64,000 nt of DNA from assembly GCF_001194135.2 (NCBI RefSeq), contig NC_068985.1, positions 122,665,164-122,729,163 of the forward strand. The letters run 5' to 3'. Numbering within the stretch: the first letter of the stretch is position 1; every line of letters begins with the position of its first letter. The translations under genes were made by a program, and so were the position numbers. Of this stretch, positions 12,043 through 25,270 are shown piece after piece. This stretch comes from Octopus bimaculoides. Lineage: Eukaryota. The notes beneath the pieces are model-generated. The model was not told the DNA's origin, did no database searches, and saw only the letters and a program-made list of their open reading frames with translations.

Positions 12043-13847
12043 TAAATTAAAAACTTTACACTATCTCATTTTCTTCCTGGACGGACGAATCGATAGGTTA
12101 GTTGAGTCCCAGTCAAATGAATCTTATCGTTCACATTATAAGAGAATGTGAGAGCGATTTAGAATATCTGACCGCACTGCACCTTCCGGCCGAGATAATA
12201 ATTCTATTGTCTTGTGGCTGATGCTTTCTAAAGCACAAATTCTCTACATAATACACAGCTTACACTTAAAAGACGACATAGTTATCCTACGTATACATAT
12301 TTCAACCAGCATTCTGACCACCTGTAAAAATAATCACTCAATTGATAATAGACCTTTCATTTAACAACAACATTCAACAACGACGAATCTATCGACATAA
12401 TGCTCTCATTCTTTACAACCTTTAGAGGGATCTTTCTTCCTTAAAAATTATCGACTATGTATTACCCAGATCTTTTCTGTTCGGCTCACATTTACCAATT
12501 CCTTTAATTTTAGTTCCAATTAATTTCAAATTTAGTGTATTGATGTAGTTTTGTACGCTAATTATCGAAATAAAATTAAATTTTGCAATGTATTAATAAA
12601 TAAAAACGTAATAGCTTTTAAAGTTTGCAAATTTTGGGTAATTTTAGCCAATCGAAAGCTACAGGTATATCGGTACCTGTTTCAGTAGTAACAAGCCAAA
12701 GTATAAATCTGCTTAACCTGTGTCTTCTTTTTTTTCTTTCTTTTCGAGAAGCGTACCAGTTCCTGTTCTGTCACTATCACATTTTCATAATTTTGAACGG
12801 TGTTTTCTTGCACCTTTTCAACCTAAATTATAATACGACCAACTCGTTTAACCTTTCGAATACGATGGAGAAATTGAAAATCGAAAACAGCGTATGGGTG
12901 TCAGTAAAACGAGGGTATAAACGACGCTGTGGAACCCACCATTCTATGAATGACTCGTATCTCTGCGAGTTCATGTGACGCAGGAGATACGAAAATTGTA
13001 ATTTGTTTGATAAACTACCTACAGCGTATCGCAACATTCGTTTCTGAATATTCGCTACAAAAAATGTATTATAATTTTTTGGAAAAAAAAAAAAATTAAT
13101 AAAAGATCATTGAGAATTTTTTCATTCTTTATATTGTTTACATGCCTGTTCCAACATTTAACATGACTTAATTCATTAAAACTTACTAAAACTCCCGTCG
13201 TTTAATGTTGTCATTACGCACAAAATGTTAGCTTCCAAATTCTGCTTTCTGATTGGGTAAAAATAATCAAACTTTAAACCTCTGCATTTTCTAAAAATTT
13301 TCTGAAACAAGTGAATAACATCAGATTCAGCGTGAAAAATTACATCAAAATACCAAATTTTAAAAGGTGTGAGCCAAACAGAAAAGATCCTATCACCCTA
13401 ATCAAACCACTTGATGTCCCTACCTCTATTCTTGTGAGCTCGCTATGCCCTACTCCCAGCCCTCGCACTAAGCACAAACAAGTCCTTTCTTCGAAACTAA
13501 TTCACTGGCACTCACTTCTTACCAGCATCTCCCAAACAACAATTACTCTGTGAGTACTCGCAAGGATTATGATAATTAGCTCCTCTTTTCAATTGGAAAC
13601 AAAAAGACGATCTGCCGGAGGTGGTCAATTTTTACTCGTTCAGTCCATCAACAACGTTTTAAGTCCTACAAGTGACAATGACCCATCGATATACGCAGTA
13701 GCAACACTAAATGACCAGTCTGTAAGCTTGCCGAGGAACAGAAACTTAGGCTGATTTGTTCAACGTATTACATACACCGAACTGTGTTACATAGTCTTTA
13801 GAAATACTTCTACGATCACAGAATTATAGAACACCCCATTCTCTACG

Positions 13848-13882
<35 letters not shown>

Positions 13883-14075
13883 NNNNNNNNNNNNNNNNNN
13901 NNNNNNNNNNNNNNNNNNNNNNNNNNNNNNNNNNNNNNNNNNNNNNNNNNNNNNNNNNNNNNNNNNNNNNNNNNNNNNNNNNNNNNNNNNNNNNNNNNNN
14001 NNNNNNNNNNNNNNNNNNNNNNNNNNNNNATTATATTGGTTCCGAATCCTAGCTTAGCTGTATTGCAGCTGTTCG

Positions 14076-14107
<32 letters not shown>

Positions 14108-15106
14108 CAGTGGTACTTTGTGCATGAATGCAAGACACGCTTTTCATGCCTGAATTATATAATAGAACACGAATAACAAACCAGATTTTAATATAAAATA
14201 TCCGTTTTCTTTGAGGGACGGCAACAAAATGTGTACATATACATACACACGGACCCTACCTTATTTACATAGCTTTGATTTTTAATATTGCATGCACTAT
14301 CAGGAACCGCCTCTAATATCTATCTATCTATCTACATATTTATTTATTATTTATGCTGGCCTGACCAATGTAGAAGTTTTTACAATAAAGTGTTACACGA
14401 AATCAATTTCAGGTAACCTGCATATGAATAATTGTTACATCTATTGACGAGCGCAACTGCGAGTATATTTGTGCATGAATTAATTGCATATATAAGATAT
14501 TTAGTATATACAAAAAAAAAAAAAAAAGGAAAAAATACAAACGCAAATATATGTAGCTTTACAGATAAAATATTTGATTCGTACGAAATACGTAGAGTCT
14601 TTTTCAAGAAAAACACATTCACTCATCAGAGTGATGAGTCAAGCACCATTGTTTGCTTATCTCTACTTCAAAGCCTACCCCACCAAGACAACTTGTATCC
14701 TTTAGCAGAAACGCAAAGGCCCTCTATGTTCGTAGGGTGGAATCAATCTAGTGTTTTGAGTATTTGTCTGTTCCAAAAGGCAATAATGTAGTATATGGCG
14801 AGAAAAGGCTTTCAGCCAATGTTGCAATAGAGAATTGAAACTACTTTCTCATATATTCATATTATGAAGGGTAGTTCCTATGAATCATTTTAGAGTTTCT
14901 GAGGCCGGTTAGCTCAGCCTACTTAGCTGTAAACCGTTACTACAGGGAAAAATAGCTTATCGCTGTAAGCAGTAGTAACGCTGATTAATTATATTCGTGA
15001 GCTCTCTATGAGAGTCGGACTCTGCCAGGCTGGTTTTTATCAACACACAACTACAACGAATTATGAAAATTGTTCAGAGACCATATAAACTATGGAATAC
15101 ACTATA

Positions 15107-15435
15107 TCTTTTACTTATTTCAGTCATTAGACTGCGGCCATGCTGGGGCACCGCCTTGAAGAACTTTTAGTCGAATGAATCGACCCCAGTACTTATTTTG
15201 TTTTAAGCCTGATACTTATTCTACCGGTCTCTTTTTGCCGAACCGCTAAGTTACGGGGATGTAAAAAAACAACACCGGTTGTCTAGCGGTGGTGACACAT
15301 ACACACACATATACACACACACACACACACGACGGGCTTTCAGTTTCCGTCTACCAAATCCACTCACAATAGTTTCGGTCGTCCCGGTGTCACGGAGTGG
15401 GACTGAACCCGGTACCATGTGGTTGGGTGGGAAGC
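15107..15435 (-). mobile_element. SINE family A copy
   Basis: Reverse complement of the family A tail, body and head. Confidence 0.85.
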
Positions 15436-15785
15436 AATCTTCATGCTTGTAAAGATATCGATCCCGAAAGTTTCGAATAAACACCATTAAGTAGTGCTCT
15501 TAACCGGGTGGCTCTTCCAACAGTTTTCGATCGAGTTTCTGTCCATAAAATTTCATTTACCAAGGGTTGGTCAATCGTAGACTAACCTAGACACTTTTCC
15601 AAGATGTGATGAAGTGTGAACGTACCTTCAAATCGCGCAGTTAGGAAGCGAACCTTTTAAACACACACACCTATCATAACTATTGTTTGTTTTCTTGACT
15701 ACACTTAATCAAGAGTAATGATTTGGACGAAGAGAGGAGGGTTGCGGCACTGGGAAACACTCAACAGGACACGCTGCTTTTAAGA

Positions 15786-16303
15786 TATTCTTTTATTCAG
15801 CAGCCATACTTATTCTTTGTAAGCCTAGTTCTTATTCTATCGGCTTCTTTTGCTGAGCCGTTAAGTTACGGGGGGCATAAACACACCAGCATCGGTTGTC
15901 AATGATGGCGGGGTGGTTGGGGGACAAACACAGGCATACACAAATATTTACACACACACAGATATATGGTTCATATAAAGGATCGAATTTCTAAAAAAAC
16001 TCTGATGGATTAAACAAGAGTTTTAATTATCTAACTTAATGACAATGACTGATGACTGAATAAAAGACAAAGTCAACCCCGCTGGAAGAAAAAAAGACAA
16101 AACTTTTATATAAATATATATATATATATATACACATATATCCGACGGACTTTCAGTTTCCATCTACCAAATCCACTCACGAAGCTTTGGTCGGCCCGAG
16201 GCTATAGTAGAAGACACTTGCTCAAGATGCCTCGCAGTGGAACTGAACCCGGGACCATGTGGTTGGTAAGCAAGCTTCTTACCACACAGCCACGCCTGTC
16301 CCT
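15786..16303 (-). mobile_element. SINE family A copy interrupted in its central microsatellite by a 139-bp foreign segment
   Basis: 3' half at 15786-15960 and 5' half at 16140-16303. The insert 15969-16107 matches 17420-17546. Confidence 0.8.
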
Positions 16304-16328
16304 ATAAATGAGTTTGAAAAATCTTGGA

Positions 16329-16942
16329 TATTCTTTTACTCTCGTATTTGTTTCAGTCATTTGACTGCGGCCATGCTGGAGCCTTTAGTCGAACAAATCG
16401 ACTCCAGGACTTATTCTTTGTAAGCCAGGTATTTATTCTATCGGTCTCTTTTGCCGAACCACTAATTTACGGGAACAAACACACCAACATCGGTTGTCAA
16501 GCGATGGTGGTGGGAACACAGACACACAAATACACAGACATACACACACACATATGCATCTACGACGTCTACCAAATCCACTCACAAGGCTTTGGTCGGC
16601 CCGAGGTTATAGTAGAAGACACTTGCCAAGGTGCTACACAGTGAGACTGAACCTGAAACCATGTGGTCGGGAAGTAAGCTTCTTATTTCTTTACTGCCCA
16701 CAAGGAGCTAAACATAGAGGGGACAAACAAGGACAGACAAAGGAATTAAGTCGATTACATCGACCCCAGTGCGTAGCTGGTACTTAATTTATCGACCTCG
16801 AAAGGATGAAAGGCAAAGTCGACCTCGGCGGAATTTGGACTCAGAACGTAGCGGCAGACGAAATACAGCTAAGCATTTCGTCCGGCGTGCTAACGATTCT
16901 GCCATCATGCCGCCTTCTTACCACACAGCCACGCTTGCGCCT
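16329..16942 (-). mobile_element. SINE family A copy with a nested family B SINE (16686-16913)
   Basis: The family A head is split at CTTCTTA, which occurs on both sides (16679-16685 and 16914-16920) of a complete family B copy. Confidence 0.88.
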
Positions 16943-17652
16943 AACTCGCTATTTTAGAATTTTTATAGCTATCTTACTGAATATAATTTAAAATTATCGA
17001 TTAGGCCTTCTAATTTAGGAACAATTGAATGTAAGCCTTCTAATTTCGGCCAATTCCTGCATGTAGGAGACAGATGTATCCTTGTCTTCATATAGAATAT
17101 CATCGCTAGTGAAATCCCAATGTAAGACTGAAACTAACACGAAGGTGCCTACATCTGTGCGCTAGCACGAAGTGGCTAAAAATTTATATTATTAGTGCAA
17201 TTTCCATGCTGGGAATTGAACCCATTCTGCCTGGTTGAAAACCAAGAATCACAACAACAAGACCACATAAGATGACTTAGTAGTTACGATTCTTGGCTTT
17301 CTAGATATACTCTCTTGCACAATAAAGCATCTCACTGTTGTCCTGCTAATGGTTCTGTTATTTGCTGTTTTAAACCTTATTCTATTTTGAATGCCAGATG
17401 TCTATTGAAAATTCTTATTGTTCATATAAAGGATCGAACTTCTAAAAGCTCTGATGGATTAAATAAGAGTTTTAATTATCTAACTTTATGACAATGACTG
17501 AATAAAAGACAAAGTCAACCCCGCTGGAAAAAAAACAAAAAACTTTTTCGCTTCAACTAAATTTTTCGCTCAGCGAAGCCTGCAAAAGAATTTCTATGTA
17601 GTTTCACGATAAAATCTCCCCAGATAACTCCTTTGTGTCTTGGTCTTTAACT

Positions 17653-17685
<33 letters not shown>

Positions 17686-17686
<1 letters not shown>

Positions 17687-18169
17687 GAGGCACAATGGCC
17701 CAGTGGTTAGGGCAGCGGACTCGCGGTTTCGATTCCCAGACCGGGCGTTGTGAGTGTTTATTGAGCAAAAACACCTAAAGCTCCATGAGGCTCCGGCAGG
17801 GGATGGTGGCGAACCCTGCTGTACTCTTCCACCACAACTTTCTCTNNNNNNNNNNNNNNNNNNNNNNNNNNNNNNNNNNNNNNNNNNNNNNNNNNNNNNN
17901 NNNNNNNNNNNNNNNNNNNNNNNNNNNNNNNNNNNNNNNNNNNNNNNNNNNNNNNNNNNNNNNNNNNNNNNNNNNNNNNNNNNNNNNNNNNNNNNNNNNN
18001 NNNNNNNNNNNNNNNNNNNNNNNNNNNNNNNNNNNNNNNNNNNNNNNNNNNNNNNNNNNNNNNNNCACGTGTCTGTGGAGTGCTCAGCCACTTGCACGTT
18101 AATTTCACGAGCAGGCTGTTCCGTTGATTGGATCAACTGGAACCCTCGACGTCGTAAGCGACGGAGTGC

Positions 18170-18175
<6 letters not shown>
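17686..18175 (+). mobile_element. tRNA-derived SINE family C (contains an assembly gap)
   Basis: GGAGGCACAATGGCCCAGTGGTTAGGGCAGCGGAC (A box) and GGTTTCGATTCCC (B box), with a 3' end GACGGAGTGCCAACAA. Confidence 0.8.
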
Positions 18176-18214
<39 letters not shown>

Positions 18215-19008
18215 CAAAACAAAAAGGAAGTAAGGAATGAAGGAAGAACGTCGTTCACAAAGTAGTGCTTAATATACGAAAAGATACGATTGTCGTAGAT
18301 TGAACGTCTTTGATCATCGGTCTGTTCAAATAAGACTGACCAGGGACAAAACGACAACAAGGATCCAAATTTGGCACCAGGCCACAAAATCTCAGAAATC
18401 AAACAGTATGACGTCGATACCGTTTTTTTTTTGAAATCGTGAGCATTGTAAATGGAGCGAATTAAGGCCCAATTATGAAAGGGAACGCCGTTCATTAACC
18501 CGTTTCGTTCATGAATAAGATCAACTGCAGGTTGCACCTCGGTGTTCACTGGCGACCATTGACAAAATATCGTGTGATGCATTCAGACATATTTTATCTG
18601 GATAATTGACATGAGCAATTATATTGAAGATATAATTATTTATTCAATATACTTTGTCGACATGACAGTCCATATTTCTTTAATCAATATGTTGGGGGAT
18701 TGAATTAAAACGTGTCCCACAAGACAATCAGTTCTTTGAATGTAAGCCATGCTTAAATGCTGACTTACACATGGAACACATTCAAGCTCCCTGATAAGCA
18801 GCTATATCTTAACTCATAGTAATAATGAAAAAAAAAAACGGCTTTCGATATGATATAGATAACATATGATTATATAACGAAATGTTTACTAATATTTAGC
18901 TAGAACAATACATATGCACTCATGTGTGTGTGTGTGTGTGTGTGTGTGCGTATATATACATATATATATATATATATATTTAGGAAGTTGTTTGATCGAC
19001 CGATCAGA

Positions 19009-19068
19009 GAGTGACCATTGGTTTCGCTCCTATAAAGCGCTTAGCTGTGTAAGCGACTCGTTAGACTC
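19009..19068 (-). ncRNA. Type I hammerhead-like motif with G5A core change
   Basis: GAGU-CUAACGA-G[hairpins]C-GAA-ACCA A UGGU-C-ACUC: 4-bp stem I, 4-bp stem III and GUC cleavage triplet. Confidence 0.7.
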
Positions 19069-19098
19069 AAATGACCGGAGGCACCCAACCTCTCTACC

Positions 19099-19150
<52 letters not shown>

Positions 19151-20591
19151 GTTTTGGAATAGCTACCTCTATATCAAAGGAAAGGGAAAAGGCACAGGTT
19201 TGTGGAGTGCTAAAAATGTGAAAATTGAATTTGTTAGGCGGGATGGAGGGGAAGATACAATGAGAATTCGTAATTTCCATTGTATGAAACATAATACTTA
19301 AAAAAAACGAAAGTGTTGGGGGCGGGAAATATTCAATTTGTGCCCTTTCTCTTCCCTGTGAAGTAGGAATATTTCATTCCATAACTCTGCGTGTGTGTCC
19401 TACAAACCCGGGTTATGAATAAACTTAGCTTGAATGTTCGGGTATTAGAAACCGGGTCGTAGATTCAATGGGCACTCATCTCTCACACAAGCACGCGCGC
19501 CCACACGCAATTGATAACATATTGTCACTATAGAAAGCTAGATTATTTCATCAACAATATGAACAAGACAATGTGAGCAACAGCGGTTTCGAACCGAAAT
19601 CGAAACCAGAGTTGATTGAATAGGAAGTGAATGCTAGCTAACAACACCCAACGAAGATGCATGCACATACATGCAAGCACAAGCGCATCAACAGCGTGCT
19701 TCCTAATTAACAGAAATTCATTATCACACTTATTATGTTTTACAGTATTTTAATCGAGATTCTACAGAGGAAAGAAAACTGCTTCCTTTATTTATCTATT
19801 TATTTTTTTATAATAAACATGAAGTAACACCCATCAGCATTACAACGAAAACAAATATATACACACGTATATGTTAAGCATCCATCAATTCAGTACAAGG
19901 ATACATACATGCATGCAAAATCAGCACACACACACATTCGCCCACACACAAACAGACACGCAGACAAAACGCGCGTCGAAACACTCACAAAATGCTCGCA
20001 TGCACATAAACTACCGTTATGAAAAGATGTTGGCACAGATATTTATACGATGCACGCACGCACACACACACACATGCATGTTTACGCAATATGTTATCAT
20101 ACCTGTATATTTACAGAATGCATAAACGCATACACCTTTTATACGATGCGGACATATTTATACGACATACGGACATAAGCTCGCACACACACATTTATAT
20201 ATCTACAGACATTATACACGTATACACAGAATATTTATGCCCACACACATTGTAAATGCGTGTGTGCACACACACATACATACATGCACACATTATATGC
20301 CCTCACATATATTTACAAACGCTTTATGCACATATTTACATTCGTTGCATGCAGACGCACTACACATTTACACGCTATATGCGTGCACACACACACACAC
20401 TTTAATGATATACATATGCAATTACGGTGATAAAACATACACAGAGAATGTTAATGAACTGTTCATTTAGGTTGAAAACCAGGTGAGCAAAACCTTGCAT
20501 ACATTTCCCGCAGACATATCAGTACATACACACCTGTGTTATAAATTAATGCATACCTGAATGATTAAAGAAATATATTTTTTTTGCTTAC

Positions 20592-20835
20592 CTTCCGGTG
20601 GGAAGTCATCTTCGCCGCTGTCCTCCGTGGTGGCAGAAGACTGTTTCGATAAACCTGTCTGCCATTCATCTTTTCGTCTCCCGGGAGAGGAAAACAGAGA
20701 ACTTTGGCTAGTTTTGTTGAGTTTGGTAAAATAGTCTGCAGCATATTGGATGAGGTTGGCTGGCCGTTCTCTGAGTACAGACACGGTAAAACCCTGTAGA
20801 AGTTCGGTTAATCCGGGTGGAATCTCAAAGCTCAT
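20592..20835 (-). CDS. PRKAR2: cAMP-dependent protein kinase type II regulatory subunit, first coding exon (81 codons + 1 nt)
   Basis: [39 protein letters not shown] matches the RII D/D domain ([18 protein letters not shown]...A..YF..L), followed by an acidic linker. Donor GAAG|GTAAGC at 20591 (phase 1). Acceptor ...CTGTCAG|AAGCAATG at 20841. Confidence 0.93.
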
Positions 20836-21554
20836 TGCTTCTGACAGACACGAGACTGAGAGAGATGGAGAGAGTAGCAGATACGCGCACGCTTACTTTG
20901 GAAACAACAACACGGTGGGAGAGATTAATAAGAGAATATATATATGCTTGTGTGTAAAAATAAAGGGAATAAATAAAAAAATATATTTCCTGTTGTTCTT
21001 GCTGTTATGTATGTATATTTGTGATGCAAAGAATTTCACTTTGGACTTTGAATTTTTAAATAATTTTAAATGGAAAGTTGCTTAAAGATGGGACTACTTC
21101 ATATAAACAGGAGAAACTATTATTTAACGGTAAAGTCGCAAGAAAGAAAGAAAAAAATGACGAAGTTTTCAACAGAAAAGAAAAGGAAGTTCTTAAGAAT
21201 CCGAATTTACGTGTGAGAATATAAAGACACAAATAATGCAGTGATATACTTCTTTTTTCTTTCTTTCTTTTTTTCTTTTTTAGAAAAGAATTATAATTAC
21301 AATAAAATCAACAAAAGATAAATACGGAAAACAAGGCTAAAATACAACCAAGAAAAAAACAAAATCAAAAAATAAGGAAGAGAAAAAAAGTTACTCAAAG
21401 ATTGCTTTAAGGAGGTGTGAGGGTCGTCAAAGCAACTGGTTTCCAAAAGTGAAACAGAGAGAGAGAGAGAGAGAGAGAGAAGGTAACCAAAATGTATCTA
21501 AAAAAATAGTTTCCAAATAATGCAAAACGTGACACTGCACTCTAGAATAGTAAC

Positions 21555-21631
<77 letters not shown>

Positions 21632-21981
21632 TGTGTGCTGTGTGTAAGTATTCGATATTATTGGCGGATATGTAAGATGTGGGTATTTGCAAGAATGTGC
21701 AGATGTGTATTTTACACAGACAAAACAACAACAACAACAACAAGAAAAACGGTTCAATACATTCAACTGTTAATATGTAAACATACACATACAAAAAAGG
21801 CTTAAATATATGTATATATACATATATTTATGCAAAAGAAAATATTGTATAACATAAATATTTTCGATTGTGTTTTCTTTCTTCCAAAATATTTGTAATT
21901 TTTTCCCCTCGATGTTTTTGGCCTTTTGACAGCGGTGATGTATATATATTTACATACATACGTATGTATATAAGTGTACAC

Positions 21982-22012
<31 letters not shown>

Positions 22013-22419
22013 AATATATATCGTTCACCTCTGTCACCAATTTGTTTTTATGCTATTCTTTGGTTTTCCTTTTTTCCTTCGCATTCGTTCCTTCTCTCTA
22101 TCACTCTCTCTCCCTCTTTTTCACTTTTTCTTTTTTCATTTAAATCCAAAAAAACTTCAGCGTCAGAAAATGATAGTAACAATAATAAAACGGATGATGG
22201 TGGTGGTGGTGGTGACGGTAATGAGAGAAACAACGACGATGAAGAGGAAATAAAGACCTATCCATTTGCATGCAAGCTACGATAAACCAGTGCCATAGAG
22301 AGAGGGAGAGAGAGAGAGAAAAGAGAGAGAGAGAGAGAGAGGGAGAAAGACAGACAGACAGACAGAGAACTTAGTCAGAGGCAGAGACACGCGACAACTG
22401 AATTACAAAATCTGCTTTC

Positions 22420-23207
22420 TTTCTTCCTTCCTTTCTTTCCTTCCGCGTCTTGCTTCTGCTTCTGCTGCTGCTGCTTGTCACCGCCGCCACCGCTTCTACT
22501 CTTCTACTTACCTGTTACTTTATCTCTCTGTCTATCAGAATCTCCTTCTCAAATTCGTTTAGTCTTTCTCTCTCTTACTCCATATTATCTTCATGTAACA
22601 CTTGTTCACTTGCGTTTTCTAGTTTTCTCCCTCTCCCTACAACCTTTTTTTCACTCGCTATTATCTGTTACTCATGTTTATGCTCTCTCTCTCTCTCTCT
22701 CTCTCCTTCTCTCTCTCTCTTTCCGACACTATTTTGCGTTACATTTCTTCTTACCGTTCTTTTTCTCTCTCCACATTTTCTTTTGCACTTTTTCAGATAT
22801 CTCTCCTTTCTCCCCCCCCCCTCTATCTTCTTTCACACACAGACACACGCAATCTCTTTCCCCCCCTCTCACTCTTACATTCTATTTAGTTCATTTATCT
22901 TTTCTTTTCCTCTGTTTCTTTCTCTTTATATTCTCTTACACTTATTAAACCCCCCGCTCTCTCTCATTATACATGTTTACTCTATTCTCTCACACAGTGT
23001 CTTTCTTCCTTTCTTTGTTACTGTCACTCCACCCCCTCCGCCTATCACTCTACTTCATTCCTGTCTTTTCTCACTGTATTCTCTTGCTCTCTTATTTCCC
23101 CAGTCTTTCTTCACTGTCATCTCCCTTTTAATTTTATATCTATTATTAATCTGCAGCACGAGACAAAAAGAAAGAAAAAACAAAACCTCTTTCAGTCTCA
23201 GAATTAT

Positions 23208-23273
<66 letters not shown>

Positions 23274-23306
23274 AATCTATCTATCTGTCTATCTATCTGT
23301 CTATCA

Positions 23307-23353
<47 letters not shown>

Positions 23354-23960
23354 AATCTATCTATCTATCTATCTATCTATCTATTAACCTATCTATCTAT
23401 CTATGTATGGATATTCTACACCATCTTTCTCTATATACATATATTCATACGTACATGCATAAATTTATGCATGCATACATACATACATATATATAAGCAT
23501 TCATACGTATATACATGCATATTTACCTGTTACATACATGCATATATACATATAAATATATATATATNNNNNNNNNNNNNNNNNNNNNNNNNNNNNNNNN
23601 NNNNNNNNNNNNNNNNNNNNNNNNNNNNNNNNNNNNNNNNNNNNNNNNNNNNNNNNNNNNNNNNNNNNNNNNNNNNNNNNNNNNNNNNNNNNNNNNNNNN
23701 NNNNNNNNNNNNNNNNNNNNNCATACATGCATACATGCATACATACATACATACATGCATACATACATACACACATACATGCATACATACACACATACAT
23801 GCATACATACATACATACATGCATGCATACATACATACATACATACATGCATACATACATACATACATACATATACACACATACATACATACATACATAC
23901 ATACATACATACATACATACATACATACATAGAGAGAATGCATCTGGGTCTATAAAAATC
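22420..23960. repeat. Polypyrimidine tract followed by (TCTA)n and (CATA)n microsatellites
   Basis: CT-rich at about 22420-23160, (ATCT)n at about 23205-23400 and (CATA)n at about 23720-23930. Confidence 0.85.
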
Positions 23961-23997
23961 TGCAAAAGACATGATACTTTCCTTCACAACGTTGCTT

Positions 23998-24042
23998 GTC
24001 AAAATTGTCAAAATTGTCAAAATTGTCAAAATTGTCAAAATT
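23998..24042. repeat. 9-bp tandem repeat (GTCAAAATT)x5
   Basis: Five perfect units visible. Confidence 0.9.
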
Positions 24043-25146
24043 TACTCTAAATTAAAAAGAGAAAGAGAACATACACACATACTTACCTACCGATCTACGT
24101 ACGTACGTACCTACCTACCTACCTACCATACATGCATGGTGGTTGTCAAATCGATTTCGAGTATAACCAATTTCTTATGATAAAAGTATGCCTGTAACAA
24201 GTATAATATCATCTCTACCACGGGCCGTCTCTCAGATGACAACTTAGCTATGGTAGCGTTTAAATTATGATATATTTTTTTTTGTGGAAACTGTCGCACA
24301 TAATATTGTAAAAGATCACATCACCAACAATACCTCTGCGCATGTGCTGTCGTACAAAATGGATTTTCAGCCTGGCAATGCATGAGCACCTTCTTGGGCA
24401 CAAAAAACATTGCTGATGTTTAAGGACTTAACGTTGTGGCTTGCGAGGCCAGGAAATATTTAATTTTCTGGCTTGTACCTGGATGCTTACCAAGAATTAA
24501 TTCTTTATAAAGTAACCACGTTAGAATCCTAAGTTTTGATCATCAGTTTTGACAGAGCGCCATTTGAGGTGAAGCAGACATGCATGCATAGCTACATACA
24601 TGCATGCATAGCTACATACATGCATGTATGCACAGAAACACATCTTTCTATTGTAAAGGGCACACGCCTTTTTTAAGAGGCACAAATTACATGTGTGTTC
24701 ATGCATATGTCTGTTCTCGATATAAAATCAATCCCCTGTCGTGTTGTCACCGTGAATTTGCAGTTGGTATAACTTAGAAAAATCATGAGCACACACACAC
24801 ACACGAGTGTACAAATGTATTTATGTATATACATTCGTAAACACACACACACACACACACACGCACACAAATGCATGTATATACGTAAACATGTGGTTTC
24901 ATATATACGAGCATATGGACACACTGATTCAAAGAACACAAAGCCTATGCTTTGAAAACCGCATATGTATAAACAATAGATATATACACATAATTATGTA
25001 TACATATCTATACTTTTTCTGTGATTGGTTTCTTTCTGTAGTGAAACTACCTATCGCCATTAGATACAAAACTACTATCGCCATTACATACAATCTTCTC
25101 ATTTAAATATAAATAAATGCGAGCGTAGTAGAGAACCCATTCCTTG

Positions 25147-25270
25147 TCATCACGTGACTGATCATTATTCGAATCGGCAACTTCTTCGAACCTTTCCCGC
25201 CAGAACGCAAACTGACCAATCACGGCCCCTAATAAGGTCACGTGATAGAGTAAAATTCTGAAGCCATTGG
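25147..25270. promoter_or_regulatory. Candidate promoter: two TCACGTGA E-boxes flanking a CCAAT box
   Basis: TCACGTGA at 25150-25157 and 25238-25245, GACCAATCAC at about 25214-25223, in locally CpG-rich DNA about 4.3 kb upstream of the RII ATG exon. Confidence 0.5.

Noticed and set aside
18200-18600. 149-aa minus-strand ORF in CpG-rich intronic DNA
   Set aside because: No domain, no convincing splice sites, and it ends in a microsatellite.
22450-23496. 348-aa ORF and other long ORFs in the track (for example 41647-42906, 60921-62069, 30243-31163)
   Set aside because: They consist of microsatellites, pyrimidine tracts or N gaps, with no domain signal.
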